Assembly (NCBI GenBank): GCA_958445895.1
Contig: CAUCTV010000004.1
Coordinates: forward strand, 716 to 64,715
Source of the DNA: an uncultured Collinsella sp.
GTDB taxonomy: Bacteria; Actinomycetota; Coriobacteriia; Coriobacteriales; Coriobacteriaceae
Direction of reading: 5' to 3'
Length of the DNA stretch: 64,000 bases
Within the stretch, counting starts at the first letter, position 1. Every line of letters begins with the position of its first letter. Shown piece after piece: positions 50,585 to 59,301 of the stretch. Below the pieces are notes generated by a model. That model saw only the letters and a list, made by a program, of their open reading frames with translations. It did no database searches and was not told the DNA's origin. The position numbers were made by a program, and so were the translations under genes.

Positions 50585-51424
50585 TTATGCCTCCTCGAGC
50601 TCGAGTTGGTTATCGGCGATGTCTTGGGCGGTTGCGCGGTAGAGCTCGTCGATAAAGGCGACCTTAAAGCTTGCCGGGGCATCGGCGACGGCGGCGGCAC
50701 GCGTGCCGGCGACGTTGTAGACGGCGGTACCGCAGACGGCTGCCGTAAACGGATCGGCAGCGCAGGCGTACACGGCCAGCACGCCGCCCTGCGAGCAACC
50801 GCAGCCGGTAATCTTGGACATGAGCGGGCTGCCGCCGTGGGATTTGGCCACGGTCGTGCCGTCGGTAATCAGGTCGACTTCGCCCGAGACCACAACGGCG
50901 CCGCCGGTGTAGCGAGCGAGCGCCACGGCGGCATCGCGGGCGGCGTCGACCGTGTCGGTGGTATCGACACCACGTACGCGGCTCAGATCGGCCGACTCGC
51001 CCTCAAGACCCCACAGGCCGGAGAGTGCGATGATCTCGGAGGCGTTGCCGCGTACGATGGCGGGCTTGTACTGCTTGAGCTCGTTTACCAGCTGGGTGCG
51101 CAGGCTACCGATGCCCAGACCCACCGGATCGAGCACCCAGGGCTTGCCGGCGTCGTGTGCCGCCTTGGCCGCGCGGGGAATCGTCTGCTCGTAGATGGGG
51201 AAGAGCGTGCCCATGTTGAGATAGATGGCGGCGCCGCCGGCAACGAGCGCCTCGCCCTCGTCGGGCAGATAGACCATGGCGGCCGAACCGCCCACGGCGA
51301 GCTGCGCGTTGGCGACAAAGTCGATCGTCACCGTGTTGGTGATGGAGCCGGCCATCGGATTGGTGGCTCGAATCTCCTCTACGGCCTTGACCATATGTTG
51401 CTTAAGCTGTTCCGAATCAATCAC
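50585..51424 (-). CDS. thiM: Hydroxyethylthiazole kinase
   Basis: ITNTVT..FVAN..LA.GGS.AM, NMGT, VLDPVG, RGNASEI, ITGCGC; AAGGAGG RBS before GTG 51424. Confidence 0.93.
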   Translation of the reverse strand: MIDSEQLKQHMVKAVEEIRATNPMAGSITNTVTIDFVANAQLAVGGSAAMVYLPDEGEALVAGGAAIYLNMGTLFPIYEQTIPRAAKAAHDAGKPWVLDPVGLGIGSLRTQLVNELKQYKPAIVRGNASEIIALSGLWGLEGESADLSRVRGVDTTDTVDAARDAAVALARYTGGAVVVSGEVDLITDGTTVAKSHGGSPLMSKITGCGCSQGGVLAVYACAADPFTAAVCGTAVYNVAGTRAAAVADAPASFKVAFIDELYRATAQDIADNQLELEEA

Positions 51425-51446
51425 TGCACATGCCTCCTTGGCATAG

Positions 51447-51477
51447 AAAAGGGGCGCTGTGCATAGACAGCGCCCCT
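51447..51477 (-). terminator. Expression-platform terminator of the TPP riboswitch
   Basis: Minus strand AGGGGCGCTGT-CTATGC-ACAGCGCCCCTTTT just 3' of the aptamer. Confidence 0.8.
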
Positions 51478-51488
51478 GTAAAGGCGGC

Positions 51489-51580
51489 ATGCTCCCTACG
51501 CCAGCATTAACTGACAGGTTCAAAGGATTGGGCCCTATGCCCTCTCAGCCTTGTGGTTTGCACCGCCGGCACTCCCGCAT
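51489..51580 (-). ncRNA. TPP riboswitch
   Basis: Minus strand GGGAGUGC...GCUGAGA...CCUUUGAACCUGUCAGUUAAUGCUGGCGUAGGGAGC upstream of thiM. Confidence 0.95.
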
Positions 51581-51607
51581 CGAATCTGTTGTTCCCTATA
51601 CTAGCGC

Positions 51608-51709
51608 ACCTGCCAATATGGGACAGGTTTATTTTGGCAGGTGGCAACAGGGGCGCTGCATTTTCCCAGATAAAACCTGCCAAGATAAACCTGTCCCTTA
51701 TTGGCAGGT
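51608..51709. repeat. REPIN-like element of two inverted 34-bp units
   Basis: 51608-51641 and 51676-51709 are inverted copies (2 mismatches); each unit is itself a CCTGCCAA/TTGGCAGG hairpin around GGGACAGG. Confidence 0.82.
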
Positions 51710-51749
51710 CGTTACAATAGACGGGATAAAGAATGACCGAGGGGACCTT

Positions 51750-52658
51750 ATGATCAAACTTGTTCTGACCGATATGGACGATACGCTGATTCCTGCTGGA
51801 CACGATGGCGCCAGCGACTGCGCCATCGAGGGCATTCATGCCATGCAGGCGGCGGGCCTGCATTTTGGCCCGGTTTCGGGTCGCCAGCCGTCCGCGATGA
51901 GCTGGATGTTCCGCAATCGCTCCGAGTGCTTCTCGACCGGCGCGTTTTGCAACGGCCAGGTGATGTTTGTCGATGGCGAGGCGGTTGCCTCGCGCGCAAC
52001 TGATAGCGATGCCCTTATGCGCCTGGCCGACTACCTGGAGCAAGAGACCGACGATACCTATTTGAAGGTCTACCGTCTGGGTGATGACTTTTGGGACAAC
52101 GACGCCTATTGCGTGACAAGCGATCCCGAGCGTGTGCGTCGCGCCATGGAGTCAGGCGGCAACGCGTGGCTCAAGGGCGAAGAGGCTCCCTGTCGCCCTG
52201 TCGTTGACGATGCCCCGGTATACAAGGCGAATATCTGGAGTGCCCGTTCGCGCGAGGAGCTCGCCGAGCTGCGCGAGCGTGTTGCCGCCGAGGTGCCGGA
52301 GCTCTCGCTCGTGTTTCCCAACAACCGCGTGCGCCTGTTCGACGTTCTTCCGACCGGCTGGGACAAGGGCTGTGCTGCGCTGGAGCTGGCGCGCGCTTTG
52401 GGCCTGACGCCCGACGAGGTGGCCGTATTCGGCGATTCCGATAACGATTTGCCCATGATCGATGCCGTTCCCAATTCCGTTGCAGTCGCCAATGCCAACG
52501 AGGCCGTCACGGCTGCCGCGCGCTGGCATATCGGCGCTGCGGCAGATGATGCGGTTGCCGGGGCTCTGCATCAGATTGCCGCCTGCGCCGCGACGGGGGA
52601 GATGCCGTCGTTTATGCGTCAGATGGACGCGACGGGTTTCGACGTCACGAACGTCTAG
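51750..52658 (+). CDS. Cof-type HAD hydrolase (subclass IIB)
   Basis: LVLTDMDDTL, SGR, CNG, DKG, FGDSDNDLPM, AVANA. Confidence 0.9.
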   Translation: MIKLVLTDMDDTLIPAGHDGASDCAIEGIHAMQAAGLHFGPVSGRQPSAMSWMFRNRSECFSTGAFCNGQVMFVDGEAVASRATDSDALMRLADYLEQETDDTYLKVYRLGDDFWDNDAYCVTSDPERVRRAMESGGNAWLKGEEAPCRPVVDDAPVYKANIWSARSREELAELRERVAAEVPELSLVFPNNRVRLFDVLPTGWDKGCAALELARALGLTPDEVAVFGDSDNDLPMIDAVPNSVAVANANEAVTAAARWHIGAAADDAVAGALHQIAACAATGEMPSFMRQMDATGFDVTNV

Positions 52659-52668
52659 GGAGAAAGCC

Positions 52669-53565
52669 ATGAAGCTCCAGCAGCTCAGATATGTCGTCAA
52701 AGTTGCCGAATGCGGCAGCATCACCGAGGCCTCGCGCCGGCTCTTTGTGTCGCAGCCTTCGATTACCGCGTCAATTCGCGATCTCGAAAACGAGATGGGT
52801 GTACACATCTTTGAGCGCACCAACAAGGGCGTCATTGTGTCCGAGGAAGGCGAGACCTTCTTGGGCTACGCGCGCCAGGTGCTCGACCAGGCCGACCTGC
52901 TCGAGGGCAAGTACAAAGGCACGTCCGAGCAGGTGCCGCACTTTAGTGTGAGCTGCCAGCATTATTCCTTTGCCGTTAATGCATTTGTCGATGTGATCCG
53001 CGAGTTCGATGCCGCGCGCTACGACTTTACCCTGCGCGAGGAGCAGACCCACGAGATTATCGAGGACGTCGCGCATATGAAAAGCGAGCTCGGCATCCTG
53101 TATCTGTCGGAGCACAACCGCGAGGTCATCGAGCGCATGCTGGTGGCCAACGAGCTCGTGTTCGAAGGGCTCTTCTGCGCCACGCCGCATGTCTTCGTCT
53201 GTGCCGACCATCCGCTGGCGGCCCGCTCCAGCGTGACGCTCGAGGACTTGGAAGACTACCCGTTCCTGTCCTACGAGCAGGGCAGTTACAACTCGTTTTA
53301 CTATTCCGAGGAGCTGACCTCGACGTTTGAGCGTCGCAAGAATATCCGCGTGCGCGACCGTGCGACGCTGTTCAACCTGGCCATGGGCCTCAACGGCTAC
53401 ACGGTGTGCTCGGGCGTGATTAGCCACGAACTCAACGGCCCCGGCATTATCTCGATTCCGCTCGATGTGGATGAGTACATGGAGATCGGCATCATCACGC
53501 GCAAGAACACGACGCTTACGCGCTACGGTCAAGCCTATATCGACGCGATCCGTCAGCATATCTAG
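52669..53565 (+). CDS. LysR regulator, MtaR/CmbR-like
   Basis: MKLQQLRY...GSITEAS..LFVSQPS, FSVS.QHYSFAVNAF, YEQG..NSFYYSEE, DRATLFN..GLNGYT. Confidence 0.92.
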   Translation: MKLQQLRYVVKVAECGSITEASRRLFVSQPSITASIRDLENEMGVHIFERTNKGVIVSEEGETFLGYARQVLDQADLLEGKYKGTSEQVPHFSVSCQHYSFAVNAFVDVIREFDAARYDFTLREEQTHEIIEDVAHMKSELGILYLSEHNREVIERMLVANELVFEGLFCATPHVFVCADHPLAARSSVTLEDLEDYPFLSYEQGSYNSFYYSEELTSTFERRKNIRVRDRATLFNLAMGLNGYTVCSGVISHELNGPGIISIPLDVDEYMEIGIITRKNTTLTRYGQAYIDAIRQHI

Positions 53566-53612
53566 ACTGCTGCGTCCTGCACAGGTCAAATCTCTTCATG
53601 GCAGTCCCAACT

Positions 53613-53633
53613 GATATAGGAAGCATCTATATC
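53613..53633. promoter_or_regulatory. MET-box-like LysR operator
   Basis: Perfect dyad GATATAG-GAAGCAT-CTATATC, i.e. TATAG-N7-CTATA, upstream of the metE2-like gene. Confidence 0.7.
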
Positions 53634-53720
53634 AAACTATTATAAATGTATATTTTACGATGGCTATATGAGCGCTCATACTCTGTCCCAGTAAAGCAAC
53701 CAATGCAAAGGGAGATGTCC

Positions 53721-54854
53721 ATGAGCACTTCAATTCAACCGAACGCGCCGTTTCGCACTGATATCGTCGGCAGCTTTCTTCGTCCGCAGGCCGTAAAGGA
53801 TGCCCGCGCTGCCTATGCGGCAGGCACACTTGATGCCGAGGGGCTTAAGGCCGTCGAGGATGAGGCTATTCGCGACCTGGTGGACAAGCAAAAGGCCGCT
53901 GGCCTGCAGGTGATTACCGATGGCGAGTTTCGTCGCAGTTACTGGCACCTCGACTTTATGTGGGGGCTCAACGGCATTGAACGCCGCACCTCGCGTACGG
54001 GCTATATGTTCCACGACGAGGAGACCACGGCTGACACCGCCGTGGTGACCGGCCCCATCAGCGGCGAGAACCACCCCTTCGTCGAGCACTTTAAGTTTGT
54101 CAAGGTGCTTGAGGGCGAGGGCCAGGTTGCGCGCCAGACCATTCCGGCGCCGATCCAGACGTTCTCGGAGGTTACGCTCGACCGCTGCGATGGCCAGCAG
54201 GAGAGCCTGCGCGCTGTCTATAAGACCGATGAGGAACTTGCCGACGCAATTGCAGCCGCTTATCGCACGGTGATCGCCGACCTGTACGCTGCCGGTTGCC
54301 GCAATATCCAGTTTGACGACTGCACCTGGGGCATTTACTGCGATACCGACTTTGTGGCTAAGACCGGTATGAGCCCGGTCGATCTGCAAAAGGTGAGCGA
54401 GCTGGGCGTGGCGCTCAACAATGCCGCCATCGCGGGCAAGCCCGACGATTTGGTCATCAACACGCACGTATGCCGCGGCAACTACCACTCCACCTATGCC
54501 TTTGAGGGCGGCTACGATCCCATCGCGCCGTACCTGTTCGCACATGAGAATGTCGATGCGTTCTATCTGGAGTTCGACACACCCCGCGCCGGTGGTTTTG
54601 AGCCGCTCAAGTACGTTGCCCCCGGCAAGAAGGTGGTGCTGGGCTTGGTGACCACCAAGGCGGCAGAGCTCGAGAACGAGGACGCCATCGTCGAGCGCAT
54701 CCGCGAAGCCGCAAAGTACGTGCCGCTCGAGAACCTGTACCTGTCGCCCCAGTGCGGCTTTGCCAGCTGCGAGATTGGCAACAAGCTGACCGAGGATGAG
54801 CAATGGGCAAAGATCGCTCTGGTCAAGCGCATTGCCGAGCGCGTTTGGAAGTAA
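53721..54854 (+). CDS. Cobalamin-independent methionine synthase II family (YxjH/MetE C-terminal-like)
   Basis: VGSFLRP, TDGEFRR..WH.DF, IQFDD, HVCRGN, LEFD, LSPQCGFAS (Zn ligands His/Cys/Cys). Confidence 0.92.
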   Translation: MSTSIQPNAPFRTDIVGSFLRPQAVKDARAAYAAGTLDAEGLKAVEDEAIRDLVDKQKAAGLQVITDGEFRRSYWHLDFMWGLNGIERRTSRTGYMFHDEETTADTAVVTGPISGENHPFVEHFKFVKVLEGEGQVARQTIPAPIQTFSEVTLDRCDGQQESLRAVYKTDEELADAIAAAYRTVIADLYAAGCRNIQFDDCTWGIYCDTDFVAKTGMSPVDLQKVSELGVALNNAAIAGKPDDLVINTHVCRGNYHSTYAFEGGYDPIAPYLFAHENVDAFYLEFDTPRAGGFEPLKYVAPGKKVVLGLVTTKAAELENEDAIVERIREAAKYVPLENLYLSPQCGFASCEIGNKLTEDEQWAKIALVKRIAERVWK

Positions 54855-54977
54855 CGATACCGTTTGCAGGTGGCGGCGCGTGCGAGGCATTGCGTATCGC
54901 GTACAATGGTTCGGATCGTATCGTTCGGGCAGGTTATCCGATATGCCTGATCGCCCTTCCATCGTGAAAGGACTTCC

Positions 54978-56312
54978 ATGTCCCAATCCTCGACGCCCGC
55001 CGTCACCGATGCCATCTACGATGCATCGTCGCTCGGCCGCCCGCGCATGTTCCTACTCGGTCTGCAGCATCTATTCGCGATGTTTGGCGCCACGGTGTTG
55101 GTGCCCGTGCTCACCGGTCTCTCGGTGTCGGCAACGCTTTTGTTCGCCGGCTTGGGCACGCTGCTGTTCCACTTCCTGTCGCGCGGTAAGGTGCCGGCCT
55201 TCTTGGGCTCGTCGTTTGCCTTTATTGCCGGTTATGCCGCAATCGCACCCAACGGCGAGGCCGAGCTTTTGCCCTACGCCTGCCTGGGTGTAGCCTGCGC
55301 CGGCCTGCTCTATCCGGTGCTGGCGGCCCTGTTCCGCGCGTTTGGCGCCAAGCGCGTCATGCGCTTCTTTCCGCCGGTGGTGACTGGTCCCATCGTCATT
55401 TCCATCGGCTTGATCCTGGCAAGTTCCGCTATTGCTAACTGCCAGACCAACTGGCTTGTGGCTGTCATTGCCGTTGCCGTTATCGTGATCTGCAACATTT
55501 GGGGTCGCGGTATGGTCAAGATTGTGCCGATTCTGCTGGGCGTTGTGGTGAGCTATGCCGTTGCGGCTGCGCTGGGCGAGGTCGACTTCTCTGGCGTCGC
55601 AGCCGCTCCCTGGGTTGGTTTGCCCATCGTGTGGGATAACACCGTGTTTGCGCTCTTTGGGCCGCAGTTCGATAGCGGTCTTGCTACGACGGCCATCATC
55701 ACCATCATGCCGCTGGCCTTTGCGACCATGATCGAGCATATCGGTGATATCTCCGCTATCGGCTCCACTTGCGAGCGTAACTACATCGCCGACCCCGGCC
55801 TGCACCGCACGCTGCTCGGTGATGGTCTTGCCACGATTCTGGCTTCGCTCTTTAGCGCTCCGGCCAACACCACGTATGGCGAGAACACTGGCGTGCTCGC
55901 CCTGACGCGCGTGTTCGACCCGCGCGTGATTCGCATTGCCGCGTGTTGCGCCATTGTGCTCTCGTTCTGCCCCAAGTTCGCGGCTGTCATTGCGGCCGTG
56001 CCGGCGTGTGTGATCGGCGGCGTGTCACTCGTGCTCTATGGCATGATCAGTGCGGTAGGTGTGCGTAACCTCATCGAGAACCAGGTCGATTTCCAGAACA
56101 ACCGCAACGTGCTGGTGGCCGCTCTGGTGCTGGTGCTTTCACTCGGCATTGCTTACAGCACTGCCGGTGCTATCGTGTTGGAGCTGGGCGGCGTGACCAT
56201 TTCGCTTTCGGGTCTTGCCGTGGGTTCGCTGGTGGGCATTGTGCTCAATGCCATCCTACCGGGTAACGACTTTGAGTTTGATGTCTCGGAACTCGAAGGG
56301 TCTGCCGAATAG
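54978..56312 (+). CDS. Uracil/xanthine permease (UraA/PyrP, NCS2)
   Basis: GLQHLFAMFGATVLVP, PAFLGSSFAFI, EHIGD, NTTYGENTGV. Confidence 0.93.
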   Translation: MSQSSTPAVTDAIYDASSLGRPRMFLLGLQHLFAMFGATVLVPVLTGLSVSATLLFAGLGTLLFHFLSRGKVPAFLGSSFAFIAGYAAIAPNGEAELLPYACLGVACAGLLYPVLAALFRAFGAKRVMRFFPPVVTGPIVISIGLILASSAIANCQTNWLVAVIAVAVIVICNIWGRGMVKIVPILLGVVVSYAVAAALGEVDFSGVAAAPWVGLPIVWDNTVFALFGPQFDSGLATTAIITIMPLAFATMIEHIGDISAIGSTCERNYIADPGLHRTLLGDGLATILASLFSAPANTTYGENTGVLALTRVFDPRVIRIAACCAIVLSFCPKFAAVIAAVPACVIGGVSLVLYGMISAVGVRNLIENQVDFQNNRNVLVAALVLVLSLGIAYSTAGAIVLELGGVTISLSGLAVGSLVGIVLNAILPGNDFEFDVSELEGSAE

Positions 56313-56332
56313 CAGCTGTGTCCAACTCAGTT

Positions 56333-56374
56333 AAAAAAGCCGGCCATGCGTCCGATGCGCATGGCCGGCTTTTT
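56333..56374. terminator. Bidirectional terminator
   Basis: AAAAAAGCCGGCCATGCG/CGCATGGCCGGCTTTTT between convergent genes. Confidence 0.85.
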
Positions 56375-57038
56375 AGTGCGCAAGAACCCAGTGGATGCCA
56401 CGCGCCATGCGCAGGTCGGTTTGGGCAAAGTGGTTGCCGGGGTTGAGTTCCAGTGTTGTGAGGATGCCGCGCTCAACGAGCAACGTTTCCATTGCGCGCG
56501 TGTCGTCAAGTACGTGCCGCATCATGCGGTTGGGCGTCTTGGTTTCCTTTTTGCCGAGTGACAGATAGACGGCCTGCGGGTTGCCGGCAAAAGGGGCCGT
56601 GCTGGCGCGATTGACAAAGTCGGGAAACCACAACGACCCCGATGCGCTTGCGGCGCGGCTAAAGGCGTCGGTTTGCCAGAGGGACCAGAGCGCGAAGAGG
56701 CCCGCGAGCGAGTAGCCGGCAATGCCGCGCCAGGTGGGCGGCTGAGGAAGCGACGACTCGGCCTCTGGGATTATCCAGTTCAACAGCTCATCGAGAAATC
56801 CGGAAGCCTGACCGCCAAAGGGCTCGGCATCGCGCACGGTTCCGTCGCATCCCCAGGGGCTCAGCTCGCGATTCCAGTTGAGGCTGCCAATGCCGACAAG
56901 CGTGAAGGGCGGGCAGTTGAGCTCTCGGCAGCGTTCATAAACCTCCGCGCCGTCGCCCATGACCACGGGAAGATAGATGACTGGTGCGCTTTCGGCATGC
57001 TGTGCATGAACGGTTATCTGCTTTTGATGCGCTTCCAT
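56373..57038 (-). CDS. Alpha/beta hydrolase-fold esterase
   Basis: AGYSLAG nucleophile elbow, SGSLWF, YLSLG..E, NPGNHF. Confidence 0.87.
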   Translation of the reverse strand: MEAHQKQITVHAQHAESAPVIYLPVVMGDGAEVYERCRELNCPPFTLVGIGSLNWNRELSPWGCDGTVRDAEPFGGQASGFLDELLNWIIPEAESSLPQPPTWRGIAGYSLAGLFALWSLWQTDAFSRAASASGSLWFPDFVNRASTAPFAGNPQAVYLSLGKKETKTPNRMMRHVLDDTRAMETLLVERGILTTLELNPGNHFAQTDLRMARGIHWVLAH

Positions 57039-57245
57039 GACGGGCTTCTCTCGGCGTTGTGATATCGACGGCCCCCATTGTCGCACGCCGGCTCATGCAG
57101 GTTGGGCTAGACCAAAGACAATCTCGTGCATACCCTGCGGACGCATATGGAAAACGCCACCGCCGGAGGGGAGCTCGGCGGTGGCGTTGTTAAACGGTGC
57201 TGGGACTCGGGGCCTTCGCGGGAGCTGCCATGTGCGCAGAGGCGT

Positions 57246-59030
57246 CTAAGAGCGCTTGCGGCTCGCCATGGTGCCTGCGGCGATAGCGGCTGTTCCCGCA
57301 AGGACGGTTGCCACGATGGCCGCACCCGAGGTGTCGCCGGTTGCCGCGAGCACGCTGGTGGCCTTGGCCTTCGTGGTTGCAACCGCAACGGTCTTGGTCG
57401 TCTTTGCGCCCTCGGGCTTGGGGTCCTGCTTGGACTCCGCGGGCTTGCTTTCTGCGGGCTTGGTCTCGTCGGGCTTGGGGTCTTCCGGCTTGGCTACCTC
57501 GGGAGGTGCGATGGTCGTGCTTTTGGCGACTGCTTTGATATAGAGGGAGTCGACCGTGGCGTCGCCCGTGCCGATGGCTTGGCCTGCCTCGTAGATGCCG
57601 TCACGGAGCTTGCGATAGTCAATGACCTTGCCGCCTTCGGGCGTCTGGATGGCGGCGTTCTCAATCTTGATGGTGCCGATTGCCTTGCCGTCAGCGCTCA
57701 TGGCACGGGCAAAGATTGCCGCTGTATCTCCTTCGGTCGTTACCTTGCTGCGGATGATCGAGATGACTGCGGGTGTGACGCCCTCGCTGGTCTGGGCGAT
57801 GATGCCGATGTTCTCGCCTTGGGGCTCGGGGCTCGTCTCGCCATCTTGGTTTTCGCTGTAGGGGATGGGGCCGTCGCCGTTCTCGACATAGCGGGCTATG
57901 GCCTTGACAACGGAGTCGCTGATGTAGATGTGGCCGCCCTTCTCGTTGGGTCGAACGTTTCTGGTGGAGAATGCAGCCGAAACCTCGCCTTCCGCAAACG
58001 CGTCCACGGTGGAGCCGTTCTTGACGACGATGTCGTCCTGGTAGGTGAAGAGGGCGATGGCGCCACCGTATCTGCCTTTACCTGCACGGACCGTCACGTT
58101 TGCATGATCGAGGGTGATGCCCTTGTGGGCATAGACGCCATATTCAACACCGTTTACGTTGAGGGAGGCGTTTGTGGCTGCGAGGCTGCCCTTGGCCTCG
58201 ACGGCAGCGTCTTTCTCGGAGCTTGCCTTGACCTGGCTGCCGTCCGAGATGTTGATATTGCCGCCGCTCCAAAGGGCCTCACCATCAGCTGAGCTTGCCT
58301 CGACCGTCCCGCCACCCTTGATGGTGAGGTTCTTGTCGGTTCCAATACCCTTGTCCTCGGTAGCCCTGGCGGTGACGGCTCCGCTGTCGTCAATCGTGAT
58401 ATTACCGTTTGCCCTGATGCCATCCGATGCACCCGTGGCGTTGACGTTGCCCGAACCTTTGATAGCGAGATCACCCCCGGCATTTATGGCGTCAAACCCA
58501 GTGCTCGTGGCGTTGACGGATCCGGCTCCGTCGATGTTGATATTACCCGTGGAGAGGATAGCGTCCTCAGTAGATGTCACGCTGAGCGTGCTGTCCGCGT
58601 CGCCTTGGATATTGAGCTCGGCGTTCTCGTTAGTGCCATGAGAAACGTTGATGCCTTCGATCCATTCGGCAGTGACGATGTTGGTCCCCGAGTAATTCAC
58701 GTTGAGCTTGCCTGCGGCCTGGATCTCGCCGCCGTTATAGTTGTTGAGCTTCAAGTCGTCGGCGCCGTCCCACGACCAGGTACCGGCCTCGTCGCTCGCC
58801 GCGGTGTTGTACTTGTTGCCGCCGACCTTGACCCATTCCGCCGCGAGCGAGACGCTCGGCATGAGCAGCGAGCTCACCGTGAGCGCGCACACGGCGCCTA
58901 CGACGATGCGGCGCGTCACGCGGCGCCAGCTGCCGTGCGCGAGTCCTATGCGACGGCGAACGTCGGGTTCGGCAACATGGGTTCCGGCGGTAGTGTCATT
59001 GCGTTTGGGGGTCGTGAACAAGGCTGCCAT
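57246..59030 (-). CDS. Sortase-anchored beta-helix (Cthe_2159/DUF4353-like) surface protein, copy A
   Basis: Long Arg-rich signal peptide (…SVSLA/AEW), about 23-aa repeats G.I.I.G.G.V.A.S..DAI, P/K/E-rich linker, LAATG + TM + RKRS. Confidence 0.82.
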   Translation of the reverse strand: MAALFTTPKRNDTTAGTHVAEPDVRRRIGLAHGSWRRVTRRIVVGAVCALTVSSLLMPSVSLAAEWVKVGGNKYNTAASDEAGTWSWDGADDLKLNNYNGGEIQAAGKLNVNYSGTNIVTAEWIEGINVSHGTNENAELNIQGDADSTLSVTSTEDAILSTGNINIDGAGSVNATSTGFDAINAGGDLAIKGSGNVNATGASDGIRANGNITIDDSGAVTARATEDKGIGTDKNLTIKGGGTVEASSADGEALWSGGNINISDGSQVKASSEKDAAVEAKGSLAATNASLNVNGVEYGVYAHKGITLDHANVTVRAGKGRYGGAIALFTYQDDIVVKNGSTVDAFAEGEVSAAFSTRNVRPNEKGGHIYISDSVVKAIARYVENGDGPIPYSENQDGETSPEPQGENIGIIAQTSEGVTPAVISIIRSKVTTEGDTAAIFARAMSADGKAIGTIKIENAAIQTPEGGKVIDYRKLRDGIYEAGQAIGTGDATVDSLYIKAVAKSTTIAPPEVAKPEDPKPDETKPAESKPAESKQDPKPEGAKTTKTVAVATTKAKATSVLAATGDTSGAAIVATVLAGTAAIAAGTMASRKRS

Positions 59031-59175
59031 GGTTGCTCCCGTTCTCATAGGGCCTATACGGCTAGGTTCAGCGTATCTGCTGGATGTTGCCGGCGGTAGT
59101 GCCGTTTGGAGGGCAAAATGGCCAAAATGGGGGAGAAATAGGCCGCACGCCGGCGCAGGGACCGACGCTAAAAGA

Positions 59176-59208
59176 AAAGCGCGGGGCCGCATGGCGACTC
59201 CGCGCTTT
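59176..59208 (-). terminator. Duplicated permease terminator
   Basis: AAAGCGCGG..../CCGCGCTTT hairpin homologous to 61224-61258. Confidence 0.6.
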
Positions 59209-59234
59209 ATTGTTCAGCTTTTGCAGCCTTGCCC

Positions 59235-59280
59235 TTACGCTACGAAGAAGTAGACGGGGAAGGCAAGGGCTGCGATCCAC
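59235..59280 (-). pseudogene. Orphan duplicate of the last ~15 codons of the NCS2 permease gene
   Basis: Encodes WIAALAFPVYFFVA* versus WIAAFAFLVYFFVA* at 61285-61330. Confidence 0.85.
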
Positions 59281-59301
59281 CCGTCCTGTGCGAAAAAGTG
59301 T

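Noticed and set aside
54855..54977. PyrR attenuator upstream of the uracil permease
   Set aside because: No AGUCC-GUGAGG-type PyrR loop or terminator T-tract seen
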